A DNA stretch of 64,000 nt from Lama glama (GCA_028534125.1 CM052817.1:106270001-106334000), one strand, 5' to 3'. Counted from the first letter of the stretch, positions 1 to 12,775 are shown. Notes: generated by a model from the sequence alone, not told the origin. Translations and numbers: made by a program.

Positions 1-366
1 AACTGCGTAACAAAATTCCATAGACTATGTGTCTTTCAACAGGAATTTATTTCTCTCTGTTCTGGAAGCTGGAAGCCCAAGATCAAGGGGTCATAGGGTC
101 ACTGTCTGGTGAGGGCTTTCAAGGTTGGAGACGGCTGTCTTCTCATTTTGTCTTCTCAGGGCCTTTGTTCTGTGTGTCCAGGTGGAGACATAGAGGAGGC
201 AAGTTTTAAAAGGGCATTGATCTCATCATGAGGGACTTGCCCTCTTAAGCTCACCTAAACCTATTCACCTCCTGAAGGCCAAGTCTCCAAATGGCACTAC
301 TTGGGGGGGTTAAGGTCTTTAACATCTATATAACTGGGGAGAGGAGGCACAATTCAGTCCACAACA
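1..366 (-). mobile_element. MaLR LTR (MLT1A-like), cut by the window start
   Basis: Reverse complement of the MLT1 pattern: 'ttctggaagctggaagcccaagatcaag' and the terminus 'cacaattcagtccacaaca' (rc TGTTGTGGACTGAATTGTG). Confidence 0.8.
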
Positions 367-2751
367 CTCACTAAAGTGTTAGAGCCAGAAATGTGAATGA
401 AGGCAGAAAGTTTGGAAAAAAACAAAACAAAGCAAACAAAAAACCCCATAACATACAGATAGGTATCCCACTGGGACAAGCTACACATGGCTCAGAGCCT
501 GAAAGAACTGGGTGATTTTCTCTCATTATAAAGGGGCATAGAGGGAAATCTACAACTTAAACCCTTGTCAGTATTAACTACCCATGAACACAAGCTTTGT
601 CTATTATTTTACACTTTAAAGACTAGACAGTAACAGATACTTCAATATTAGGAGTATAGCAATGGCTGTTGGAGGCTGACTAGTAGATTAATGATCCAGT
701 CAAATGAATGTAAAAGCAGAAATGTCCTCTCTTTGCCTATTTTTTCTGTTATGTTTCCTAAGAAAAATACCAAATGCATATGCTTATATCTCTCACTAAA
801 GGAATTAGCAATTACAAAAGAGATTTTTAAACATCAATTATATTTAAAACTTATTTATTTTCTTAATAAAGATGCCTGTTTCTAGGATACCCAAATTTAG
901 CAAGTAAAACACAAGACACCCAGTTACACTTGAACAATATCTCTGATACATTTTTCTATTCTAATTGTAAAAAGTTGAGTATGAGATATTTCAGAAGTCC
1001 TGACAAAATCATTGTGTGACTCAAGATCAAAGAAATACATACAAGGCATGCTCTGTCTACAGTCAAGCCTACCTGTGTCTCACTCTTCCGTTGTACTCTG
1101 TGTAGTATTCTAAGCCCAAAGTTAAGGATTAGCATTAATTTTTAAATAGAAAACAAATCAGAGGCATCCTATCCTTCAACCAGACAGGATTTTAGCAGTT
1201 TTAAAGCATTTTTATTGTTCATACAACAGTTTTGTGAGTGTGAAACTGTAGTAACAGAAAGAAAGCACTTTGGAAAACTTGCTGATACTCAAGCAGTCAT
1301 CAAGCAATCTTGTCACCAACTATATTCCTGAATGTGTGTTGTCTTTTGGACTTTGAATAGGATACACTGAAGAAATATGACAAAAAAAAAAAAAGATGTG
1401 AAGGACAAGGAGAATTGAAGGTCCAAATAATTCTGATTATATGAATTACAAAACTAAAGATATACTTGGTTTTGAGGCTGTAAGAGAGTGAGGTGACTTG
1501 ACAAATAGATCTGACATGACTTGTTTTGTAAGCCATCCTGCATGTCAGAATTCCTGCGGCGAAAGCACAAAACTGGAGTGAACTTGGGACCACAGAAGAA
1601 ATTCAAGTGTGTTTTTAGCATTTACGATAAGTGAAAAACAGACATCCCATCTACCCTTTGCCCCACACTTGGGAAATAAGGCTGAAGGCCCTTTGTACTT
1701 GGGATGGTAGGAGGGAACTCCCAATGAGGGCGTCTCTTTTATAATCACTCAGCACATCTGGGTGTTTCTGGATGTCCTAAAGGTCAAGCTAATATTGGCT
1801 GTTAAAGGTTAGAATCCAACATTGCTAGGATGGGAGGAAGAGATGGAAAATGTTTACCATTAGGGAAAGTGACACATTGAAACTACAACAAAAAAGTGCA
1901 TTACAGAACAAAGTTAAAGAGCATTTAAGAGGGGAAAAAATGACCACAACATATCATGTGAAATAACATTATTAAGTCTGCACTTCCTTCTACATGTGAA
2001 TCATTTTCTGTGTTTAAAAACTGCTGGAATATTAAGTCAATAGCTGGAAGGTACATTATGTGGAAAAATTTGATCATTTCTTTATATTTTCCAGTAATGG
2101 CCCAATTATTTGTAAACATGTGTTTCTAAAATAATATTACCGTAGAAATATTTGTTCAGAATAGAAAAATTCAAAATTGAAAGGGAATATAAGGACAGAA
2201 TAAAGGTAACACTCAAAACAGCTTTCACAGGTTGCATAGAAATCTATCATAGTTAATCAATTCCTTGATTTTTTTAGAAATCTTATTATAAATTGCACTA
2301 TAACCATTGTGCTTTAGTTAAACTTTAATATTTTGTGTGCTGACTATGTGATAGCAACAGTAACTCTATGAAACAGTACTAGTATCAGTATCTCTATTTT
2401 ATCCAAGAAGGAACTGAGAGGGTTTACATTTAAACCTACAATGTCTAATTTCCGTGCCTGCACTCTTTACATTTATAGTATCTTACTGATGGTTAATGAA
2501 CAGAATTGCTAACTCAAAAATATGAAGAACTGTAAGACTTTTGACAGATTTTGCCTAACACCCTCCAGATATGGTACCAATCATTCTCTTACAAAGTTTA
2601 TGACAGTGCATGAGGAATCATTTTTCCTGCTAATAGTGGAAATTAAAATTAAGAGGAAAGAAAAGAATTTTTCCATAGTAGCTACAAAATGGTTTATCAT
2701 TGGGTAAATTTTTGTTTCTCCAATTATTGAAGTGGTTTGAATACATATAAT

Positions 2752-4320
2752 ACGTATCTGGAAGAAGACTTAAAAGAGGTACTGCATTCAGAGAAAGAGA
2801 GTCAAGAGAACCCCATCAGGAAAGTCCAAAAGTCATTGGCCCTCAACCTGGTGGATGAATACACGATGCTGCTGGTGTCCACATTGTCTGTGATTCTGTG
2901 CTTCAAAAAGAATCAGCCAACAAATGTCCCAACAGGCTCTGGCAGCCTTGTACTTTCAGATATTGAAGAGAAGAGCATCACTTTCCAGGATCTTCTGCAG
3001 ACAGTGCTAGAGAAAGCAGGGACACCCAGGAGACCTGAAGCTACTTCCTGACACCTACCCCATGACCAGCACCTGGAAAACAGTAGCCTTCAAGAGGAAC
3101 AAAGGACCAGATCATCATTCAGGAGAAAATCTGGCAGCTCCTGGACCACTGAGAACCCAGCCACACGTGGGAGATGCTTATCTCGTCCTGGAAGGTGTGG
3201 ATACTCATATGGAAAAGCTCATGTTTACGTGGATCAGTGAAAGGCATTGAGGGAATGCCTGTGAATTTGAGCATCACGCTAAGTACAGGCAGGGTCGTGG
3301 TACCACCTTATCCTTTGCAAGGAGTCTTTTGTCTCCAGGCACTCCCCAGACTGCTCTGGGGGAAGCAAAGCAGTACTCGCTGTAACCAAGTAGGACCCTA
3401 TGGGGTCTTCTGGGAACAGACCTATCCCCCATGTCCACCTGCCTCTTGTCTGTAGAAAAACTTTAGTCTCCCAGGCTTCTCCAAGTTCCAAAGAGTACAT
3501 TTAATCAGACAAGTGAGAAAACGCAGAAAGAAAAGGAAAAGAGTCATGCAAGACAAAACAATCATTTAGTCATCAAATAAAGTCAAGGACCTTTAGTTCC
3601 TCCTTAAGGGCTAGAAATAATATTCTGAGCCATGTCCTTTGAGCTGTTTTGCAGATACTGAAACCCCCACCAGGTGGAAGAAGTTAACTGTATGCTGCCC
3701 ACAAGCATGTAGACAGACCCCAGACCCATTGGAACCCGTTGGAACCAGAAGATTGATGATGTTGATTCCTGATGCTCTCACCACCCACCAGTCAGAAGGC
3801 TGTCCATGAGCAGATCACACAGCTCCCAGCCCCTTCCCTCACCCTGTCTTTAAAAACCTTTCCCTGAAAGCCTTCAGGAAGTTCAGGCCTTTTAAGGACT
3901 GGCTATCTGGACCCCGTGCTTGGCACCTGCAGTAAACACTGTACTTTCCTTCACCACAGCCCGGGGTCAGTAGACTGGCTTTACTGTGTGTGGGCAGGTG
4001 GATCCAAGTTTGATTCGGTAACAGTAGCACTGTCCCCTCCAACTCAAGCTGGAGTGGCTCCAAGAAAGCAAAGTCCACATCCTGGTCTTGCCCTGTTCTT
4101 CTCCCCTGATGCCACAGGGAATCCCATTAGCTTCTCCTGGGGTCTGGTCAGATCTGGCTCTGACTCTCAGAAGGGATCTGTTTCAGGAACCTCTGGCCTC
4201 AACTCAGACACAAGTGTAGGAGAAAGGGGCATAGTGAAAGGTGTCCCTTCCTTTAGCCTCTGGTGGCACATTTAATTTTAGTTTTCTCTTAAAGACAACC
4301 TTTCTATTTATTTAAAAAAA
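2752..4320 (+). pseudogene. MYBL2: Processed pseudogene of MYBL2 (B-Myb): 5'-truncated C-terminal CDS plus 3'UTR and A-tail, interrupted by an LTR at 3381-4023
   Basis: Translation YLEEDLKEVLHSE..NPIRKVQKSLALNLVDE..MLLVSTL..MTSTWKTVA, then a shifted frame TKDQIIIQEKIWQLLDH*EPSHTWEMLISS. This matches the recalled B-Myb C-terminus (HLEEDLKEVLRSE..SPIKKVRKSLALDIVDE..MSSAWKTVA..TRDQLFMQEKARQLLGRLKPSHTSRTLILS). No introns, but frameshifts, stops and an internal deletion are present. 3190-3380 and 4024-4310 resemble the MYBL2 3'UTR (ctcatgtttac, ccccagact, gccacaggga..agcttctcc), ending in an A-run near 4314-4320. Confidence 0.9.
3381..4023 (+). mobile_element. ERV1-type solo LTR inserted in the MYBL2 pseudogene 3'UTR
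   Basis: TGTAACC...GGTAACA termini, 'cagtaaac' poly(A)-signal-like motif in the 3' part. Both termini resemble those of the LTR at 50707-51447. Confidence 0.8.
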
Positions 4321-4739
4321 TGTATGTGCACATATGGGTGTGTCTATGTGGTTTGTGGCTATGTGTTTGTGAGTGTTTTTCACAATTATCAGGAACTTTT
4401 GCAAACCTGTTGACTGGTAGTTTGAAATCAGTAACCTTGGGAGTGTTTATCTTATAGAAAAGCACAAACTTTACAGGTCAGAAAACTCTCCAAACAGGGT
4501 TGTTTTTATCTCCCTAGAGTCCCTGCCCATTAATTTTATACATCATTTTTCAGATGAATGAATTTTTGAGGCCCACAAGTTAGGAACTGACACGCCTGTG
4601 GTCACATATATAAGTAGGGGCTGAAAATCTAACCACTTAGTGCTGTTTCTGAACATAGGTCAGTAATTTTTTCTGGGAAAATTGATTTCACTTATCTATG
4701 AGATTCAAAATCATTGACTGTTCTTTTTCCTAAAAATTA

Positions 4740-6218
4740 ATTCATACCAGTAGTGTTTAATACAGCCAGTGTCTGGATCTTGGTTTCTGGTATACCATTC
4801 TCCAGTGAAGGGAGACAGGGCTCCTTGGAGACACGTCTTGTCCTAGGGTTGACAAGGAATAGACAAGATGAGCCTGTAAGGAGAGCGAGAATGCAAGTGC
4901 TACTGACACAAAGGGCTGAGGGCATGTGAAAGGGACCCGATGTCCACTGAAAGGGCTGCCAGTGGCCAAAGCTGGAGCAGTTTGAGCATAAAAGTAAATG
5001 GCATAGAACTGGATTATAAACCAAAGTTCAAAATATTCGTAAGTCCATACTGATGTGTATGGTGGGTTCAATACATAAATAGGGAGAATAGATAAATATT
5101 CCATATAGAAGAATGCTGAATAATTTATGTAGATATCACCCCCCATGACTGCAAAGAGGTGGACCACTCAGGTATGAGTCTATAACAGAAAACAAATCTG
5201 AGTCCATATTAGATCTGTTCCTTTGGCTTTAACCCTGTGCCCTGTTTTCTATACTTAATCTTGTTAGCTCTACACTCATGTAAAGATAACAAGTTGCAGA
5301 ATGGAGAATAACATTTGTTTTGTTGGAGGTTTTGCAGGAGCACCATGAGCTGGCCCACATGGACAGCTGCAGGAACAAAGAATTCCTACCCCAAGAAATT
5401 TGCACAACCAACCACACCCCCTCCCCTTTTTAGTATAAAAGGAGCCTGAATTCTGACTTGGAGAAGATGGTTCTTCAGGACATTAGTCTCCCATCTTCTC
5501 AATCTGCTGGTTTCTGCATAAAGTCACTATTCCTTGACCTAACACCTCATCTCCTGATTTATCGGCCTGTTGTGCAGCGACCAGAATGAGTTTGGAATTG
5601 GTAGCAGGTTGGTCATAGTGACTTCCTTTCAAAGAGCACATGGTGGAAAGGAGGGAAGGGTAGCAATGAAGAAATATGAGAAACACCACCTCATCCAGGT
5701 AACCAAGTTTAACATTATTAGTGATGTCAGGTTGATAGCATGTTGTATGATTGAAGGAAATAGTACTTTGCCTCTGTGGTCTTCCTCGCCTTCAAAAATC
5801 CCCATAGTCTCACAACCATATAAAATCAGACAAACCCAAATTGATAGGGCATTCTACAGAACATCTGACCAGTAATCCTCCAATTAGTCAAGGTCATCAG
5901 GAACAAACGAAGTCTGAGACACTGTCACGGTCTAGAGAGGACTGCAGAGTATGACAAGTAAATGGAATGCATCCTGGGTGGGATTCTGAAACAGAGTAAG
6001 GACATCAGGTAGAAACTAAGGAAATCTGAGTGAAGTGTGGGCTTTAGTTAATAACCAAGTATCAATATTGTATCATATCATTTGTTGTAACACATCAAAC
6101 TGATGTAAGATATTATTAACAGGGAAACTGGGGCAGGGGTATATGGGAACGCTGTACTAATTTTGTGACTTTTCTGTGAATCTAAACTGTTGTAAAATTA
6201 AAAGTTTATTTTAAAAAA
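4740..6218 (+). mobile_element. Old L1 3' end (L1MC-like), interrupted by an LTR
   Basis: Typical L1MC 3' motifs ('aaatcagacaaacccaaattg', 'ggtatatgggaacgctgtact...gtgaatctaaactgttgtaaaattaaaagtttattttaaaaaa'). Confidence 0.75.
5181..5606 (+). mobile_element. ERV1-type solo LTR
   Basis: TATAACA...GTAGCA termini, TATA box 'gtataaaagg' near 5433. Both ends are similar to the reverse complement of 8184-8668. Confidence 0.75.
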
Positions 6219-8183
6219 TCCATGAGGGGTTCATCATCATATTGAAAACTTTAGCTCTGAAATATTTAAATAGAGCCACTCCATTGTTTATTGAAGAAAA
6301 TCAAACTGATCTGCCAGTAGCTTCTTTAGAATTGAGTCTTGGCTGGAATAGCAAATTAGGAATTGAGAGCAGAGTTAAGACTGTCTAAGACTGCACTTGA
6401 ATGGTTAATAAAACTACACGGTTCTGGGGAACAAAACAAAACAAAACAAACCAAAAACACACTTCCTTGGTTAAGGAAATCTGAAAACCCCTGAGAAACT
6501 AAGCATGTAAGATTTCCACGTGCCTGAACATGCAGGAAGTCAGCAGCACCAGTCAGTGTAGCACACTGTTTGAATCTTTGCTTGAAAGTTATCATAAAAT
6601 ATTTTAAAACAGTCTATCTTTTTGATCAACTTTAAATATTCAACACTTCATTATTTCAGTTTAATTTAAGCCATTTTTGTGTTATCCAACAATGCTTATT
6701 TTATTTCCCCTGAATGCATTCATATTTGGCTAGATAATTGCTCATTAATAAACCCATTTAAATGCTAGTATGTAAGAAAGGGAAGAAGGAAATGAAACCT
6801 GTTACATTTACTGGCTTAAAGCATCTCGGAGGAAAACATCTGTGGCAGAAATAGGCTGTAGCCGTTAGTGTAAAAGAAATTTGAAGAATGACAATTATTC
6901 AAATTGACATAGCTAGAATTTCATTGTATTGGACTTAGAAATTGAGAGTAGACTTTCTAAAGGATAATTTTTCTAATATTTTCAAGTACCATAATAATTT
7001 TTATCCTTTTTTTTTGTATGTCAACTTTGAAATCTTGATCCTCACCTCTGTAGTTACCTGTAAAATAAGAAGAAAAATATTAAAAATGAATCATGAAAAC
7101 AATACTGCCAAAATTTGAGTTAACTGGAAGTTTTACCCATATATGTGGGTATCTAGCTATGTTTCCTAGACAGGTAAATTAACTGGATTCTTTGACGTTC
7201 GAAAGACATTGTATAGTTAATTTTTCTAAAGTAGGAAATTTAGTTAAGAGTTTCTATTTATCTAACCACAGTAAAAAAAAAAAAAGAGAATTATAATAAA
7301 ATAAAAATATATACCTTATACATAAAGTTCTTTGTATATCAACTATGTCTCAATAACATTATTAAAATTAAAATAATGTTGAAAAGAGAAAAAAGCTGTA
7401 ATAATTATCCAAGAAATATCTTCAAGTGATACCTAATGAGCTGATAATTGCAAATTTTTCTTACCCTGAAAATTCAAAGGGGAGTCATTTATATTGTGAT
7501 AGACATTGCTCAGAAGCAGCTAGCTCTCTGTTTTTAAATCAGGTTCCCTTGCTTATCTGAAATAGGAAACAGGGCATAACTAGACCATGATCACTGCAGT
7601 TTGAAATTATAAAGGGGAAGAAATGGATATCAATTTCAGATCCATTACCTCTCCAGAAGCTGCAAGCTGCAATCAGTCAATAGAAGTAGAGTATTAATAA
7701 TTGAATTAATGGTACTCAGTGAAAAGGGAGTGCAGCAAGATCACGGCTTAAAGGGCTTTAATTTAGACTGAAGTCAATTGTCACAGGGTGGAGAAGGGGA
7801 ATATTCGTGACACAGAAAGAAACGAAGTGTCATTATCCTATAATAGCTGAAAAGTGTTCAGGAAGGAAATTTTTATTATACAGTATTACAATAAGCCAGG
7901 GATAATTGAACATTTTTTCCCCTTGTTGCAAACTAGTATACCAATTAGAATATTGACACAATGAAAAAATGTGAAAAAAAAAGAATATTAACACAATGGC
8001 TCATGATTCACAATAATTTTATTCAGAATTATATATTCTAGAGCACATGTAGCATGGTTTTGATTATTTTATGTATTCAGTCATGTCTAGAAAGCTTAAC
8101 GATTAGTAATAACTTTTATTATTTATTGTAATGATTACTAAGTATTTGTTTCATTAACTCTTTTAAAGCATTGACAATAAATT

Positions 8184-8668
8184 TGTTACTGAGTTTCAAG
8201 CTCCTTCTGCCCATCATGCAACAGGCCAGTAAATTGAGAGATGAGGTGTTGGGGCAAGGAATAGCGACTGTATTTGGAAAGACAGCAGACCTAGAAGATG
8301 ATGGACTAGCCTTACCCTTAGAGTTTAGGCTTCTCATACTAAAAGGGGAGGGGGTGTGGCTGGTTGCAAATTTCTTGGTGCTGGAATCCTTCATTCTTGC
8401 AGCTGTCCATGTAGGTCTGGTCACAATGTACCTGTAAATTTACAATTGTTATTTTCTGTTCTGCAACTGTTCTCTATATGAATGGTAAAATGTTACACCC
8501 TTAAGGGTCAGAGCCTTGAGGATGGGCTCTCCTGTCTATGTCAGGCTCCAGGCAACATCCTTTTACAAAAGGTGCAGAACCAGCATGACTGAGCCCAGGA
8601 AGCAGAGCCCAGGGTTAGAGGCAAAGGAACAGATCTAGTTATGGAGTCAGATTTGTTCTTGTGTTACA
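8184..8668 (-). mobile_element. ERV1-type solo LTR, related to 5181-5606
   Basis: TGTTACT...TGTTACA termini, flanks aatt/gatt (4-bp TSD with 1 mismatch). Shared sequence with the 5181 LTR is also visible in the ORF track (DEVLGQGI in both). Confidence 0.8.
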
Positions 8669-8759
8669 GATTCACTCATGTCAGCCAACATAACAGAGAA
8701 CCATCTCGTTGGTGGAAGGATATCACAGGATAGTCTCACAAAATATCTTTATTTTCTAG

Positions 8760-9012
8760 ATTTTATATTAAAAGTGAAGAAAGCTGCCAATATTACAGTA
8801 GCTTCGGAGCAGAAAAGATACCAGACACTAATGTAGTCCTTGGAAGAAATTTCAGACAAATACAATGTGTAGAAGTAATATTCCCTGATGTGGATCAAGT
8901 TCTTTTTAAAACTGCAGAAAATCAGAATTCCAGGAGAAGAATTTTCCAGTCTGTTTCTGCATGTCTCCTGAAGCTCAAAACAATAGCAAAGGCAAATTTT
9001 AAAATGCTCAAT
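8760..9012 (+). other. Candidate exon with an uninterrupted reading frame; gene unknown
   Basis: Branch-like ctcac, pyrimidine tract and acceptor 'tctttattttctag|a', donor 'aat|gtaagt'. The frame is stop-free from 8734 to 9039. Confidence 0.25.
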
Positions 9013-10072
9013 GTAAGTATAAAACAAGTCTCTTTTTACTGAGTATATCAGGCAGGCCCAGTCTGATCTGATAATACCTATGTTAAGTGTAAAAATAACT
9101 AATGGAATTAGTAGCGGTCAGCTTTAGAGATGGGACACTGCTGAATGTTCATTTTATACAAAAAAATGTATTGATCTCCAAACCACTCAGACTGGAAGGG
9201 TATGATAACAGTGCTTCCAGTCATAGATACCATCTCCGCTTGTGAGCTAAACTGGATTCCTCATGCATTCTATTATGTTGAAGAAATACTAATTATACTA
9301 TAATACATTAATTGAATCATCTTTCAGTGATAGGTGAGAATGATCAATCCTTTCAACTACATAGAAAGGTAATATTAACCGACAGAAATTCAGAACAATG
9401 TTTTTTTAGGGAACCTAGCATCTAATGATCTAATTTCATAAATGAGAATTTTGAAGCTTAGAGAAGTCATCTTTGTGTCCTTGATAATCTGCTTAGGGCT
9501 GATTACAAAGGCTTGCAAATTTGTGCTTATATAAATTGCTGTGGATGTTGCTTTTCTATTCACGGCCAGTTACTTGGGAAACCTAGCTGTGCAAGAAAGG
9601 ATTATTTAACTAATGGCCACATTGGAGTTCCAGCTAATTGACCATTCCCTCCCCCATTGAAAGAATTATTATGCATATGACATGACTGCAACAATTCTCC
9701 TACATATTTTCATCGAAAGTTTCATTAATGAGTTTCTAACCTGCAAATTATTATTTTTTTACATCAGATTACATAACATTGCCCTCTTTAATGTTCTCAG
9801 TCTATTATCTTTACTCTTCTTTCTCTGAATAATGATTTATTCTGAAATAAGTCACTCCTTCATTCCATTTATATAGACTCCTCAAACAAAGAGAGAAAGA
9901 TTTTGATTTTAACAATGGAAAGGAAAACAATGTATTTGGAAGTATATTTTGACATCCAAAATTAGTTTAAATAATTTCTAAAGTTTTTGCAAGTCCGTAA
10001 GTTCTATACCTCTCCTTAATATAGTAACTGAACATGTTTTCTATCACAAGCGCCCACAATAGACAGATGATA

Positions 10073-10116
10073 AATTATATAGATAGATAGATAAATAGAT
10101 ATAGACAGATAGATAT
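10073..10116. repeat. Imperfect (TAGA)n microsatellite
   Basis: tagatagatagataaatagatatagacagatagat seen directly. Confidence 0.75.
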
Positions 10117-10409
10117 TTGACATGTTTGAATACATGTTAGACACCCTTATTTTTTGATGAAAGTAATTCTTACGAAGGTAAGTGAGATACCAAATTTATT
10201 CAGATGATATAAATTTGTTACTTTAGTGAATACATGGAAAAGTGCCCAGATTAAGGAAGCCGTGAGCAGGAACCAAAAGGCAACATGAAGAGACTCCAGA
10301 TCTTTAGAAGGTTCTCTATTCTTCCTACAGCTAGAGAGAGGTAGCCCTGAGAACAATCAGAATCCAGCAAGGTGGAAACTTACGTTCAGCAAGTGTTAAA
10401 CTGGAGATG

Positions 10410-10640
10410 GTACGTCACAGTGGTTCAGAGCGCATGCTCTGGAAACACACACTACCAAGGTGTATCACCCAGCCCTGCCACTTACTGCTGTAATATCTGA
10501 TGTCTCATTTAGCATGTCACCTCTCAGTTTTCTCATCTGTAAAATGAAATAATTACAGTAACTCTTAGGGTTATTATAAAAAATTAGTCAATACATCTAA
10601 CATGCTAAAAACTGTGCTCAGCACAAGTCCTCAAAAGAAT
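10410..10640 (+). mobile_element. MIR SINE
   Basis: 'agtggttcagagcgcatgctctgga', 'ccagccctgccacttact', core 'ctcagttttctcatctgtaaaatga'. Confidence 0.85.
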
Positions 10641-10899
10641 TGATGCGTTACTTTTCTTCATTTTTTGTCAGTTTTCTGGACCACTTCCTTATGCTAATGA
10701 TATTATGATGAAAGCACATGCAGTGAAGTAATAATAATTAGAGGCAAAGCAGTTGTTAGGGAAAGTGTTCTACCTTTCTACATTGAAAAGTTTCTAAGCA
10801 AAGACTACACTTTCATAACTGTTTGCAACTACCACTCTAGATAAGTAGATTGTATCAATTCGATGCAAAAGCATAAGATTTGAAAAGCAGAAAGGAGGC

Positions 10900-11150
10900 A
10901 GAGATGTCTGCACTTGAGAAGGTGAAATAAGTAGGTTCTGCATTCTGTTATCTGATTTCTAGCTTTATGGGTGTCAGAGGCTGTTAAAACATGACCTTTT
11001 CATCATGACAGTACAGGTCTGAATTTGAGGCCAACAGTCCAGACACAGTCCCAGGTGACTTTTTCAGCATCTAATTGTTTGTATTAAACCTCTTTCTGCT
11101 AAAAATACCTAGAGTTGTTTCTGATTTCTGTATCACTTTTGAGTGATACA
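10900..11150 (+). mobile_element. Old ERVL-class LTR fragment
   Basis: 3' end pattern 'attaaacctctttctgctaaaaatacctagagttgtttctg...gtgataca'. Confidence 0.5.
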
Positions 11151-12775
11151 GTGCTGGACACCATTAGCAGCTGCAAAATAAAATCACCAGAAGCGGAGTG
11201 GCCATGGCCACTGTAATCAATGTCAGGGTCAAATCGATAATCAAAATGGTTTGAAACGCATGTTCTTTGTTCAGGGCTATTTGATCGTTGCCCCAGAACT
11301 CAAATAGGTGAGCAATCTAAGAAAATTCTATTGGACCTATGATAAAAAAATAATATATACATAAAGACAGATGATAGATAAATGGATGGGTGGTTAGTTA
11401 GGTGGATGGTAGATAGGTACAACCCTCTAGGTTTGGAGAAGATGACCTGATGTAAGTTATTACAGTCAGGATTCTCTACCCAATTTCTAGACCCAAGTGA
11501 GTTCGTAGACACAGAGCCCCTTGTATGAAGAGAGAACAAACTTCCTTCAAGAAGAATGTTCTGACATGGTCACAAGTGGGCTTGTGGGACTTGGGGCACT
11601 TACTAAGGTGAATGTGTATCATAGAAAAGACGGAAGTACTCAGTTTAGAGGATTTGGGTGCATGGATTTTGAGTTGATGTGAATTTCTGGCATCACAGAG
11701 AATCACTGTGATTTACTACTCAGTTGGAAAGCAGAGGGAGGCAGAAGAGGCTGAGTTTGTCTCAAAAAGGTTTAATACCCTCGTGAGCACACCCTGTGCT
11801 TATCTCCCCACTTCCTGTATGCAAATGTGAATTAACTGCAATTGGAACCTGGCAGAATATTCACATGGGTTCCTTGTGATAAGAGCACTTCGATGAAGCC
11901 CCTTTCTGCCTGTACTAAAATAGTAAGAATCATACAATGCCGCATCTGCCATGGATTTCACAGGTGCATGCCAGTCTCAAGGACTTAAAATGAACTCTGT
12001 TGACTCCTATCACTTTCCTAATTTTTTTGGCTTATTTAGCTTATGTAGAAAATACGGGAACTTAGAGAATGTAAGTGGATTATTATAAATATAACTGGTA
12101 TCAGCTCTAACTGCAGATAGTTGACTGATGTAGTCTCTTTACCTGACCAAATCCACACAGATCCTGACATCTTTTGTGAGGCTTCCAGGCTAGTAATATA
12201 TATTCTATCCCAGGTACCCACGCATACTATAAACAACTTATTTTCAACAGACAGTAATAGCAATGTTTCTTTCTGGATTATTTCAGCTTCCTGTCATAAT
12301 CTAGTCTGCAGAATCATTAAACACCCCCCCCATCTTAGGGCCACCATCCAGAACCACCATATAGATCGTAAAGCAGGCTGATTAAATCTGGGATACCAGA
12401 AGTAGCAGGTAGCGTAGGTAACGTGGTAATACATATACGGTCCAGGTGATGGGAGAAATGAAAAAAAAAATCTGGGATATGCTGAAACTTCTGGAGTGCA
12501 GTGATCTGGGGGCATGTCAAAATACCCTCTCTAAAATCAAATGCATTTGTTGAATCATTGCACTCTGTATGCCTAAGAGACACTTAGTCGCTTTTTTTGA
12601 AGTTTAGAGGAAATAAACATTAGAGATCAGCCTGGGCCACCAGTACATTTTAAAGACCTCTTTAAAGCTACAACTTTTGGAGAGAGTTCAGGACAAGAGA
12701 AGACCTTTCCACTGATCCAGGCTGCAGTGTAAGCCCTGTCGCTTTAGCCACGTGACCTAGCGAATCCAGATTCCC
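11151..12775 (+). mobile_element. Degenerate ERVL internal sequence (end of gag, protease, RT)
   Basis: Similar to ERVL gag-pol; ends in 'ttcaggacaagagaagacc...caggctgcagtgtaagcc...ccacgtgacctagcgaatcca' (about GPEQEKALQQVQAAVQAALPLGPYDPADP). Confidence 0.7.

Noticed and set aside
6800..7062. Strong minus-strand splice acceptor (tttttcttcttattttacag)
   Set aside because: I found no sustained open frame or convincing partner exon; an isolated acceptor-like motif is common in AT-rich DNA.
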